Assembly: GCA_045648885.1 (NCBI GenBank)
Contig: JAZROV010000002.1
Coordinates: 94,628-158,627, forward strand
Direction of reading: 5' to 3'
Source of the DNA: Candidatus Enterousia sp.
Lineage (GTDB): Bacteria > Pseudomonadota > Alphaproteobacteria > Rs-D84
Length of the DNA: 64,000 nt
The notes under the pieces are model-generated. The model had not been told where the DNA came from and did not search any database. It worked only from the letters and a program-made list of their open reading frames with translations. The stretch's first letter is position 1; every line of letters starts with the position of its first letter. The position numbers and the translations under genes were made by a program. Below, in pieces: positions 19,457 through 30,134 of the stretch.

Positions 19457-20531
19457 TATGACAAAATTAGATTATTGGTGGGCAAAATTTAGTTTCAGAT
19501 TTGATACGCAAAAGCGTATGGCGGTCAGTAATAAAATCGCGTCATTGTTACGGAATGATTTTACTTTGATGGATGCGTTGCATCGTATTGAAATGATTGA
19601 ATCTCAAAATGGTAAAAAACCAGATGAAGCCTTTGCCATAGCTATGCGTGAAATCCAAAAAAATATGGAACAGGGGATGAGTTTTTCTGAGGCTACGCGT
19701 GGGTGGGTACCCCCAGATGAAACGTTATTATTGATGTCTGGAAATATGTCCAGTTTGGTTATATCTTTGGAAAATGTTTCGCGCGTTGTCAACGGGGTCA
19801 GTCGCATTAAACGTGCCATGACATCTGCGCTGGCATATCCGTTATTTCTGTTGGTGTTGACAATCGGTATTATTGTTATGGTCGGTGTTTATTTGGTGCC
19901 ACCATTGACAGAGGCAGCAGGCAGCAACATTGTTTGGCACGGGTCTGCACGATCTTTGATTTGGGCGTCTGATTTTTCAAATAAATATCTTTATCCTTTT
20001 TCCATAGGTTTGGGGGTTGCGATTCTTTTGATATGGATATCGCTTGCAAATTGGACTGGTAAATTGCGGACTGTGTTTGATAATTATCCGCCGTGGAATA
20101 TATATAAACTGCAAATATCGGTCAGTTGGATGATGTCTTTGGCTGCTATGGTTTCTGCGGACGTTTCTGTCCCAGATGCAATGCGGTTGTTGGCTGATAA
20201 TTCAAATCGGTATTTGGCGAATATTTTAAATGAAGCGCTGCATTATATTTCAAACGGTGATAATTTAGGAACTGCATTGGCCCAGACTGGTAAAAAATTC
20301 CCCAGTGAAGAAATCATAGGTGATTTGACGATTTATTCTGATATGAATGATTTTGATAAAAATATTAATAAAATCGCTAATGATTATATGGAAAATGCAG
20401 TGCGTCGTATGGAATCTTTGTCCAGTGCTATGAATGCAGCGGGGATGGCGTTGGTATCCGTTGTTATGGGTTGGGTCGTGTTGGGAACTTTTGCAATGCA
20501 AGAGCAAATTACGGCCGTATTGACAACCTAG
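19425..20531 (+). CDS. GspF/PilC-like inner-membrane platform protein
   Basis: 368 aa with three predicted TM helices at GspF-like positions, located immediately after the GspE-family ATPase. Confidence 0.5.
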   Translation: MDCWTDRGYINMTKLDYWWAKFSFRFDTQKRMAVSNKIASLLRNDFTLMDALHRIEMIESQNGKKPDEAFAIAMREIQKNMEQGMSFSEATRGWVPPDETLLLMSGNMSSLVISLENVSRVVNGVSRIKRAMTSALAYPLFLLVLTIGIIVMVGVYLVPPLTEAAGSNIVWHGSARSLIWASDFSNKYLYPFSIGLGVAILLIWISLANWTGKLRTVFDNYPPWNIYKLQISVSWMMSLAAMVSADVSVPDAMRLLADNSNRYLANILNEALHYISNGDNLGTALAQTGKKFPSEEIIGDLTIYSDMNDFDKNINKIANDYMENAVRRMESLSSAMNAAGMALVSVVMGWVVLGTFAMQEQITAVLTT

Positions 20532-20552
20532 GTGAAAAAAATACATATAAAA

Positions 20553-20590
20553 AAACAGGCATCGTTTTCGAGATGCCTGTTCTTTTTTAT
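20553..20590. terminator. bidirectional rho-independent terminator
   Basis: acaggcatcgttttcgagatgcctgt hairpin with flanking T/A runs between convergent genes. Confidence 0.6.
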
Positions 20591-21159
20591 TATGCCATGA
20601 AAGGCAGGTTTTCAATCGTGCCTTCGGTCACACGGACATTCACGTCAATCAACATAAATACAGAATCGTTGCTGATTGAACCACGGTGTTTTATTACGTC
20701 TGGTGCCAAAAGGTGGCTGGTGTTCACGGTCAATTTTGTGACCAAATGATCATCATCCAATAATGTATAAATAGGCCCAATATCACGTGGTGTATTTTGA
20801 CCAATTTCATGTTCGTTTTGTGGGCAACGCAGGCCGTCCAGAATTGTTTTAACGCGATTATCGATATCTGAATGTGGCATACCAACAATTTCAGGATGCA
20901 TCAACAAGATATCCAATTCTGCAATCATTTTCAAATTTGGTGTGATGATTGGATTCCAGTCTATGCCACCAATATGACGGGTTATGCTGGGGCTTTTGTC
21001 TGCATCAGGGTCCATAAATTTGGTTAAATGATTCCATGGTTTGAAATCAACCAGTCTTTTTAATTGTGGATGGAATTGCATGCGAATGTCTGCGATATGT
21101 TGGGCCCGTTTTTTTGGGTTTGTTAAAATATCGCCAAAATATAATAATTTGAATTTCAT
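20590..21159 (-). CDS. hypothetical protein
   Basis: 189-aa ORF with no recognised motif. Confidence 0.4.
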   Translation of the reverse strand: MKFKLLYFGDILTNPKKRAQHIADIRMQFHPQLKRLVDFKPWNHLTKFMDPDADKSPSITRHIGGIDWNPIITPNLKMIAELDILLMHPEIVGMPHSDIDNRVKTILDGLRCPQNEHEIGQNTPRDIGPIYTLLDDDHLVTKLTVNTSHLLAPDVIKHRGSISNDSVFMLIDVNVRVTEGTIENLPFMA

Positions 21160-21165
21160 TTGTGT

Positions 21166-21480
21166 TTAGCCTTTTTGATTTTCAAGTTGTTGTTGGAATA
21201 TAGCTTGTGCCATTGGGTGCAAAAGCAGGCTGCCATTTCCTTTTGGTTTTAAAACAACCGGAGATTTGTGCCCGTTTAACACGAATGCAGTCTGGCGCAT
21301 ATAAAGTTTTTTCATCAATTTTTCTGCTTCGGCTGTGGTGATAGAGAATTTTTCACCGACTTTGCTGGGGCTTAAAAAATCATCCCTGGTAAACCCTTTT
21401 TCTGGTTTGAACGAAGAGCCAACATTTACCATGTTTTTTCTGGCTTCGGTTGTTGCAAATTTATCATGAACAGACTTCAT
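21166..21480 (-). CDS. hypothetical small basic protein
   Basis: 104-aa ORF, possibly DNA-binding, not recognised. Confidence 0.4.
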   Translation of the reverse strand: MKSVHDKFATTEARKNMVNVGSSFKPEKGFTRDDFLSPSKVGEKFSITTAEAEKLMKKLYMRQTAFVLNGHKSPVVLKPKGNGSLLLHPMAQAIFQQQLENQKG

Positions 21481-21578
21481 AATTTTTTCCTTTGTTTTTT
21501 TAGTTTTTTTCTTATTTTTTCTTGATAATTATAACATAAATTGCTATGTTTTGCATAGCAAAAAGAAAGGAATTTTAA

Positions 21579-23978
<2,400 letters not shown>

Positions 23979-24002
23979 AATCATAAAACCAAAGGGGGGA
24001 TT

Positions 24003-24368
24003 ATGAGCGACGATTATATAATAAATGAAGCCGGCGAAATAATCTTCAAAGACGGTGTTGATAGGGTTGAACCTGAACAAAAAGACCCCCTTTGGGTAGA
24101 GTATATAAAACTGGAATACGAAGTTGTAAATAATCATCGTAATCTAACCAAAGACCCTGTAAAAATTGCAAGATATAAAGAATTAAAAAAATATTTCGAT
24201 GACGAGAAAACTGATGTTGTGTCCGGCAAAAATCATGCTGATGGATACGCAGATGCATTAAACAAAGCCAGAGAAAAAATTAAACAAGAAATGATTGCGT
24301 CTGATGAATCGCCTGATAATTCTGTGTTATATACTGCGATAACCAATTTTAAAAAAAGAAATGAATAA
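24003..24368 (+). CDS. hypothetical protein
   Basis: 121-aa ORF. Confidence 0.3.
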   Translation: MSDDYIINEAGEIIFKDGVDRVEPEQKDPLWVEYIKLEYEVVNNHRNLTKDPVKIARYKELKKYFDDEKTDVVSGKNHADGYADALNKAREKIKQEMIASDESPDNSVLYTAITNFKKRNE

Positions 24369-25035
24369 TCTGTTTTCGGCTTCTTGGTTTTTTGATTTAG
24401 AATCACGGCTTCGTAAAATGGGGCTGGACAGTGATGACAAAACTTTCGATGAAATTCGCGAAATGTTGTTGCATCCAAAAAAATTATCGATGGATGAATT
24501 TGCTTCTGCCGTTGCCTATGTAATTCTGGCGGGCGGTTTTTCTCAAAAGACTGCAAAAAAAATTCATCAGATAATAATGGAAAAAATGCCTGAAAACCCA
24601 TGTGTAGACGATTTGTTAAAAATTTTTAATAATAAAAATAAAATCAATGCGATTAAAAAAGTTTGGGATAATCGAGAGATATATTGCACTGGGTTTTATA
24701 ATTGTAAAACATTAGATGAAAAATTAAATTATCTGGTTAAATTGCCGCATATTGGAAAGATAACAGCAAATCATTTGGCGCGAAATCTGGGTGAAAATGT
24801 TGTTAAATACGATATTTGGATCCAGCGTTTGGGAGTGCTGTACGGCGGAAACAGCCGCATAGCGCAAAAAATAGATAACGGAAATTTAGATTTTGGTATA
24901 AAAAATTTATGCGATGATATGTTTGAACATTTGGCACATGAAACAAATTTACCAATCGGATATATAGACGTTGTTTTATGGAAAAGCGCACAAAATGGTT
25001 TAATCAAGGAATTAAAAAATGGATGTAAAGATTGA
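24361..25035 (+). CDS. helix-hairpin-helix (HhH-GPD-like) putative DNA glycosylase
   Basis: LVKLPHIGKITANHLARNLG followed by VVKYDIW resembles the HhH plus Gly/Pro-Asp loop of EndoIII/AlkA-type enzymes. Overlaps ung by 17 nt. Confidence 0.35.
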   Translation: MNNLFSASWFFDLESRLRKMGLDSDDKTFDEIREMLLHPKKLSMDEFASAVAYVILAGGFSQKTAKKIHQIIMEKMPENPCVDDLLKIFNNKNKINAIKKVWDNREIYCTGFYNCKTLDEKLNYLVKLPHIGKITANHLARNLGENVVKYDIWIQRLGVLYGGNSRIAQKIDNGNLDFGIKNLCDDMFEHLAHETNLPIGYIDVVLWKSAQNGLIKELKNGCKD

Positions 25036-25684
25036 ACAGTCTTGGAAAGACGCTCTGAACAAAGAATTTGAAAAAGATTATTTTAAAAATCTGACCAATT
25101 TTGTGCGGGGTGAATATTTATCTGGGAAAACAATTTATCCGGCGGCGAAAAATATTTTTAATGCGTTTAATTTGTGTCCATTGACGGATGTCAAAGTTGT
25201 TATTATCGGCCAAGACCCATATCATGAACCTGGCCAGGCACACGGGCTTTGTTTTTCAGTAGAATCAGGTGTAGATTTGCCGCCGTCTTTGATGAATATT
25301 TACAAAGAAATCGAATCTGATTTAGGACACAAAAGTATCACAAATGGTGATTTGACCGCCTGGGCAAATCAGGGTGTGTTGTTGTTGAATGCTACTTTGA
25401 CTGTGCGGGCGCATGCGGCAGCATCACACGCAGGGCATGGTTGGGAAACATTTACAGATGCGGTTATCAAAACCGTTGCGGCAAACCAGAAAAATGTTGT
25501 TTATATGCTTTGGGGATCGTTCGCACAACAGAAAGCAGTCATGGTTGATAAAAATCAAAACTTGGTGTTGATGAGCGCACATCCATCACCATTGTCTGCG
25601 TATCGCGGATTTTTCGGTAATCATCATTTTTCACGTGCGAATGAATACCTGGTTCAACACGGCAAACAGCCGATAAATTGGTAG
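25019..25684 (+). CDS. ung: uracil-DNA glycosylase
   Basis: GQDPYH and HPSPLSA motifs with LLLNATLTV. Confidence 0.88.
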   Translation: MDVKIEQSWKDALNKEFEKDYFKNLTNFVRGEYLSGKTIYPAAKNIFNAFNLCPLTDVKVVIIGQDPYHEPGQAHGLCFSVESGVDLPPSLMNIYKEIESDLGHKSITNGDLTAWANQGVLLLNATLTVRAHAAASHAGHGWETFTDAVIKTVAANQKNVVYMLWGSFAQQKAVMVDKNQNLVLMSAHPSPLSAYRGFFGNHHFSRANEYLVQHGKQPINW

Positions 25685-25696
25685 ATTTTTGTGGAT

Positions 25697-26272
25697 TTAA
25701 TAATTGTATGTAAAGCCCAGACCGTAAAAAGCATATGAATGGTTTTCTTCGGCAGTGTTGGCATTCGAAAAATGTTGGATAAATAATTCCCCAGACCATT
25801 TGTCGTTAAAGTTGTATCCAAATAATACTTTGAATTCAAACAGTAATTTTGCACCCAGACGAGTGTTTTCTTTCGCCTGTAATCCCACGCCTGCACCCAT
25901 TCCAGCATATATTTTTTCGTATTTAAAAAGGGCGATATCTTCCGTCACATATGCCATAGGAACAGTATAATCAGGCCAATCCCAGCCGTATTTTTTATAT
26001 AACCCCAATGTTTCAGATATATTTATCGAACGACGCGCAGGAACGCGGAAAAATGTCGTCGGTTGAGAATATTGAAATGTGGCAATATAAAACGGAACAG
26101 GGCGTGTTGGGGGCGGTAACAAGATACCAGTGTCAAAACCCTGGCCAATGCCAAATGCAATTTGATTTTGGTATGTCCCCATGAATGGGTTGCGTTCAGG
26201 CAATATGCAAGAATCAGCCCAAGATATAATCGGACATATTACCATGAATAAAAATAAAATGGAGTGTTTCAT
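25697..26272 (-). CDS. small outer-membrane beta-barrel protein, PagL-like (possible lipid A deacylase)
   Basis: Signal peptide, alternating amphipathic beta-strands, a C-terminal aromatic residue (..TYNY) and an H-x-S-N motif (IQHFSNA) near the C-terminus. Confidence 0.35.
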   Translation of the reverse strand: MKHSILFLFMVICPIISWADSCILPERNPFMGTYQNQIAFGIGQGFDTGILLPPPTRPVPFYIATFQYSQPTTFFRVPARRSINISETLGLYKKYGWDWPDYTVPMAYVTEDIALFKYEKIYAGMGAGVGLQAKENTRLGAKLLFEFKVLFGYNFNDKWSGELFIQHFSNANTAEENHSYAFYGLGFTYNY

Positions 26273-26365
26273 GAGTAGTTATTTTACCATAAAAACAGTG
26301 GTAAAACAAATTGTTTTGCAATTATAGTTGCAAATCAGAAAAAGTTTGATATAATGCACCCTGCT

Positions 26366-26440
26366 GGCGGCGTAGCTCAGTGGTAGAGCAGAGGAATCAT
26401 AATCCTTTGGTCAGGGGTCCGAATCCCTTCGCCGCTACCA
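26366..26440 (+). tRNA. tRNA-Met (anticodon CAT; elongator Met or Ile2-type)
   Basis: GGCGGCGTAGCTCAGTGGTAGAGCAGAGGAATCATAATCCTTTGGTCAGGGGTCCGAATCCCTTCGCCGCTACCA folds as a cloverleaf with a 7-bp acceptor stem (G1-U72 wobble) and CAT in the anticodon loop. Confidence 0.8.
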
Positions 26441-26479
26441 AAATTCAAACCGGGTTTATCCCGGTTTTAATTTTGGTAT
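26396..26479. repeat. 84-bp direct repeat, copy A (3' half of tRNA-Met plus 39 bp downstream)
   Basis: Matches 29174-29257 with 2 mismatches. Confidence 0.7.
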
Positions 26480-26750
26480 TGGGATTTGGAGCACGATGAA
26501 GGGGTTCGACCCGCAGCAAAAAGGCGGGATAACGCCAGTTTGCCGTCAGGCAAATTTTGCAAGGGAGTGAAGCGCAGCGAAACAATCCCGAGCCGCATAG
26601 TATCAAAACCAAAAAACATGAATTTTGTTAAAACTGTCCAATCTTTACATAATTCTACACATCGACTATACGGCGGTTTACACGGTGTATATGTTGTAAA
26701 TTAGACAGTTTTATGATATAATGCCGAAAAGAAAAACAAAGGTTTTTATA

Positions 26751-27275
26751 ATGATTTATTACAATGAAAACGATATTTTAATCAGAGATTTGGTTGAATC
26801 TGATGCCGAAGTAATATCCCACGAAGAACATTTACAAGGGTTGCTAGACAAACAACCAGCTAGATATTTTCGTAGATTGAAAGACGTAGCAGACGGGAAA
26901 TGTGTTTCCTTGGTTGCTGAATACAAAGGTAATCCTGCTGGTTATATCAATGTCTATTTTGATTCACAATGGGGTGCATTTGCTGGTAAAGGTTGGCCAG
27001 AAATTATTGATATGAGAGTGCTGGAGAAATATCAAAAAAATGGTGTTGGTAATATGTTAATGAATATTGCAGAAGATATATCGAAAAAATATTCTGATAC
27101 TGTTTATTTGGGTGTTGGTGTAAATAGTAATTATGGTTCTGCATTCAGAATGTATGTTAAACACGGATTTGTCCCAGACGGTACTGGTTTGTGGAGAAAT
27201 GATGAACATTTAGAAAATTATACAGATATAAAATATGACGACGACGTTATTATTTATATGTCAAAGAAATTCTAA
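26751..27275 (+). CDS. GNAT-family N-acetyltransferase
   Basis: Motif A QKNGVGNMLMNIAE. The ATG at 26721 falls inside a TGaTATAAT -10 element, so 26751 (MIYYNE) is the likelier start. Confidence 0.55.
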   Translation: MIYYNENDILIRDLVESDAEVISHEEHLQGLLDKQPARYFRRLKDVADGKCVSLVAEYKGNPAGYINVYFDSQWGAFAGKGWPEIIDMRVLEKYQKNGVGNMLMNIAEDISKKYSDTVYLGVGVNSNYGSAFRMYVKHGFVPDGTGLWRNDEHLENYTDIKYDDDVIIYMSKKF

Positions 27276-28144
27276 TGGGTTTGAATATGAATGATTATTT
27301 AGCAATTATCAAAGAAACATTTCCTGAATTAAATATTCAAGATTTTTCTATTCTGGGAAAAGGTAATTTGGCTGCAACTTGTTTGGTTAATAAAAACATT
27401 GTTTTTAAAATTACAGGTTCAAGTGAAAAAGCCCTTAAAGATACAGAACACGAAATATACCTTTTGAAACTGATAAACCACAATCTGTCATTTAATATCC
27501 CTAAAATTCTTTATGACGGTAAAATAAACAATGGTGGTTGGGTGTTTGGTGAAAGTTTGTTGCCAGGAATCACTTATTCAAAAAAATTACACGACAGTTT
27601 TGACAAAAACACCCAGGTAGATATTCTAAGACAAATTGGCAAAGTTATGCACAAATTACATTCTATCAAAGTCAATGACGACAAGAAATTGTTGTTTGTG
27701 GGTGATTATAAACAAAATATTGCTATGTTTAACAAATACTTTTCTGACGAAGTTAAACAATGTTTCAGCCAATCAGATATTGAACGAATAAATACTGTTC
27801 GTGAAAGATATGAATATCTCTCTATTCATTATCCTATTGAATTGGTTTTGGTGCACGCTGATATGCATTTTGGTAATTTTATGTTTGATACAGAACACAA
27901 AAAGATTACTGGTTTAATAGATTTTGGTGCAGCACATTTCTCAGAACCAGCACGTGATATGCATTATTACTATGGCGAAGATATAAAACATATTTTGGAG
28001 GGTTATGGTGAAACTAAAGATATTTATTTACCAGAACGTCAGAAATTCCATTCCGTAACAAACTTTCTGGAAAATATAGGTGGATATATACAAGAAAACC
28101 TATCACCAGATAATGAAATACAAAAATTGTTAAGTATTCTATAA
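27275..28144 (+). CDS. APH-family phosphotransferase (aminoglycoside/antibiotic kinase-like fold)
   Basis: Brenner motif VHADMHFGNFMF and IDFGAAHFSEPARDMHY. The start overlaps the GNAT stop (TAATG). Confidence 0.6.
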   Translation: MGLNMNDYLAIIKETFPELNIQDFSILGKGNLAATCLVNKNIVFKITGSSEKALKDTEHEIYLLKLINHNLSFNIPKILYDGKINNGGWVFGESLLPGITYSKKLHDSFDKNTQVDILRQIGKVMHKLHSIKVNDDKKLLFVGDYKQNIAMFNKYFSDEVKQCFSQSDIERINTVRERYEYLSIHYPIELVLVHADMHFGNFMFDTEHKKITGLIDFGAAHFSEPARDMHYYYGEDIKHILEGYGETKDIYLPERQKFHSVTNFLENIGGYIQENLSPDNEIQKLLSIL

Positions 28145-28146
28145 AA

Positions 28147-28176
28147 CAAAAAACCGGTCGAACGACCGGTTTTGTA
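28147..28176. terminator. bidirectional terminator hairpin
   Basis: aaaaccggtcgaacgaccggtttt between convergent genes. Confidence 0.55.
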
Positions 28177-28183
28177 TTTCGTA

Positions 28184-28507
28184 TTATACTTCCCAAGATT
28201 TGGTTTGGTATGTATTGATCGTCCCATCAGCAGAAACAGATGTTTTCCATTTTGGATAATCGTCACATTTAGAACGATTATTTTCCCACTGTAATGGTAC
28301 CAAGTTGATAATATCATCTGTACCACCTTTTGATACCGGTTTTTGATGATCTATTTCCCAACCATATTGAGATTCACAATTACCGTATTCTGATTTTTTG
28401 ATCCAAGCACCAGCATAGTCTTTGCGCCAAACATCAGCTTGTTCAGTGTTTACTATCTTTGCTTTCTTCCAAACATCATCAACAGTTTTTTCTTCAAAAT
28501 ATGCCAT
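28184..28507 (-). CDS. HNH endonuclease
   Basis: WEIDHQKPVSKGGTDDIINLVPLQWENNRSK is an HNH motif. Confidence 0.55.
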   Translation of the reverse strand: MAYFEEKTVDDVWKKAKIVNTEQADVWRKDYAGAWIKKSEYGNCESQYGWEIDHQKPVSKGGTDDIINLVPLQWENNRSKCDDYPKWKTSVSADGTINTYQTKSWEV

Positions 28508-29173
28508 TTTTTACTCCTTGAGTTATGGCATCGGAAAAAACTTATTACAAATCTTATTTTTTTATGATACACTCATAAGCAAGTCGATATGTAGTCGGTT
28601 TTTTCCGATTATTTATTTTTCCACCGATTTTCATGGCAGTGAATTTCGGTGGGACTTTCAAAATCAACATGTGGACCATATTGATTTATCAAACACAATA
28701 TATAGTATTTCCGGTTTATTAACAATATGTAAAATGTGAAAAAATATCATTTTATACTTGCATTTTTGTAAAGCCCGATAACAGCGCTTTGTAGGCACCG
28801 ATTCGCTGCAGAAATCAGCAGTTTTTTTGTACAAAATACTCTGAAGTGTGGGATTTTTAAACAATTTTTGTTAAAAATAATTATTTTTGCCCGGAAAACC
28901 GATTCGTTTTATTGAATTTTTGGGTTCTTTTATGCAAATTATAGACATAAAAATCTCGTAATTCTAGTTTGGTGTTATTTGTGTTTAAAATCAAAATAAA
29001 ATCCATAATTACAGTTTCGGTTTAATGTGCGATGGGGTATGATAAAACTATAAACGCATAGTGTCTTTTTGTATGCATGGTTCTACATATTGACTACACG
29101 GGAAATTTTGGCGTGGCAGAAAATCGGCCACAACCCGCATAAATGCGTGTTATTCGGTTTTGTGTGTCAAAAC

Positions 29174-29257
29174 ATCATAATCCTTTGGTCAGGGGTCCGA
29201 ATCCCTTCGCCGCTACCAAAATTTAGACCGGGTTTATCCCGGTTTTAATTTTGGTAT
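29174..29257. repeat. 84-bp direct repeat, copy B (partial tRNA-Met 3' half plus flank); attR-like
   Basis: See copy A. It lacks the 5' half of the tRNA. Confidence 0.7.
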
Positions 29258-29371
29258 AGTCGCGAAAGATGAGGACCCTGGTCCGACAAAATAGCAGTTG
29301 AGAACAAGTGAAACGCCGTTCGAAACGTTGCGATTTGGAAAGGGGCCCGTTGCGAAGCAATGGGAATATAC

Positions 29372-29390
29372 AATCCCTTCGCCGCTACCA
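29372..29390. repeat. third 19-bp copy of the tRNA-Met 3' end
   Basis: aatcccttcgccgctacca matches 26422-26440. A hairpin terminator follows at 29398-29424. Confidence 0.6.
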
Positions 29391-29498
29391 AGATAACAAA
29401 CGACCCTTGTGGTCGTTTTTTATTTTGATATAATCGCGACGGATACCAAGAAAATTTCGCGTTTTTTCTCTTTTTTGTTTTTATTTTTTGTTTGATTT

Positions 29499-30134
29499 GT
29501 GTATGATTTTAATCAGTTAAAGGTTTTAATAATGAAAAAGATTGTCTATTATTTATTCATTTCAATTATCTTTTCATTGATGTTCACATTGGTAGATGTT
29601 TTAAATCGCCGGGTTGTAATAAATAATAAAACTGGCGTTGTCAGTGATTTGATAAATGGTGGATTAGGTCTGGGCAGTACAGGGTTAGGCAGTATAGGTT
29701 TTGGTGATTTTAATGTAAAACAAAATATGGATGCTAATTCGGTATGTACGGATGATAAACCTTTGTTGTTGACCAATGGTGAATGTGTTGCGTGCGATTA
29801 CATGTTGGATGAAAATACAGATGTTTTAATCGGATGTGAAAAATGTTCTGGGAATGCAAAATGTTTGTTGAAAATGGATGGTGAAGAAAAAAATAAAATT
29901 CAGCCGCGTATAAATAAACCGAGAATAGAAAGCAAACATAAATACAAATTGATAAAAATTACAGGTAGTGATGAAAATTTGCGCGGCGAAGTATTGGAAA
30001 CTCAGTCAGGACGTAAAAAATTCGTTTTTATTGGCGGTCTGGTTGATGGGGCGGTTGTAAAATCTGTTTCTGGAGACGGTAAAATCGTAGTTGAAAAAGA
30101 CGGCGAAAGCCAGAGTTTGGATATTGAAATGTAA
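29499..30134 (+). CDS. secreted/membrane-anchored protein with PilP-like C-terminal beta-domain
   Basis: N-terminal hydrophobic segment and a Cys-rich middle region. The C-terminus GGLVDGAVVKSVSGDGKIVVEKDGESQSLDI parallels the C-terminus of the 17153-17824 protein. The likely start is MKKIVYY at 29532. Confidence 0.4.
   Translation: MYDFNQLKVLIMKKIVYYLFISIIFSLMFTLVDVLNRRVVINNKTGVVSDLINGGLGLGSTGLGSIGFGDFNVKQNMDANSVCTDDKPLLLTNGECVACDYMLDENTDVLIGCEKCSGNAKCLLKMDGEEKNKIQPRINKPRIESKHKYKLIKITGSDENLRGEVLETQSGRKKFVFIGGLVDGAVVKSVSGDGKIVVEKDGESQSLDIEM

Noticed and set aside
26486-26704. 72-aa ORF between tRNA-Met and the GNAT gene
   Set aside because: Arg/Lys-rich and low-complexity, with no RBS. It lies within the duplicated tRNA flank and promoter region.
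26441-29424. Possibility that the tRNA-like 3' halves with CCA plus downstream GC-rich segments represent a permuted (two-piece) tmRNA gene
   Set aside because: The acceptor stem is GGCGGCG/CGCCGCU with C3-G70, so it lacks the G3·U70 alanine identity element. No tag-peptide reading frame ending in ..AA-stop is evident. The segments are near-exact copies of the adjacent tRNA-Met, so they are best explained as att duplications.
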